Assembly (NCBI RefSeq): GCF_963921235.1
Contig: NC_086105.1
Span: forward strand, 8,928,001-8,992,000
DNA length: 64,000 nucleotides
Source: Mobula hypostoma
Taxonomy: Eukaryota
Direction: 5' to 3'
Below, piece by piece: positions 63,803-64,000 of this stretch. The stretch's first letter is position 1. Each line of letters opens with the position of its first letter. A model generated the notes under the pieces. That model was not told where the DNA came from. It saw only the letters and a list, made by a program, of their open reading frames with translations, and made no database searches. A program made the position numbers and the translations under genes.

Positions 63803-64000
63803 GTAAGTAGCCAACTTTCATACAAAGTGTCTGTTACCAAATTCCCTTGAAATACATTGACCTGGTGTCTGAAACTTGATGCACAATGAATTTGCTTTGT
63901 ACTAAGGTATATTTAGCTACTGATTAATCAGATGTGAAGCATGGATTAATTCCACTGAAGAGTAACATAACTGCCTGTAATGAATTTTGTTTATCTTCTC

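Overview
Repeat-rich vertebrate genomic DNA, most likely a cartilaginous fish (ray/shark), judging by the CR1, Rex1/Babar, Penelope-like and SINE repeat set. It covers the conserved ZFC3H1 (-, exon 1) / TMEM19 (+, six coding exons) / RAB21 (+, exons 1-2) block. The main discovery lies between TMEM19 and RAB21: a spliced gene that the ORF track misses entirely. It has a CpG-island first exon ending at 41419 and coding exons 47765-47856, 47939-48022 and 50365-50473. It encodes a 94-aa protein containing SPTDSMLSPCSQRL, which matches the fungal Spo12 (FEAR network) motif as I recall it, plus a KEN box and a basic NLS-like patch. Its promoter is packed with E2F, CHR and tandemly repeated CCAAT elements typical of cell-cycle genes. 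The window also contains a Neptune-type Penelope-like element with minimal hammerhead ribozyme motifs, many dispersed copies of that motif, and a probable U12-type first intron in ZFC3H1. Other decayed mobile elements include a Tc1 transposon, HERO, I/Nimb, Rex1 and CR1 LINE fragments, and two probable solo LTRs.
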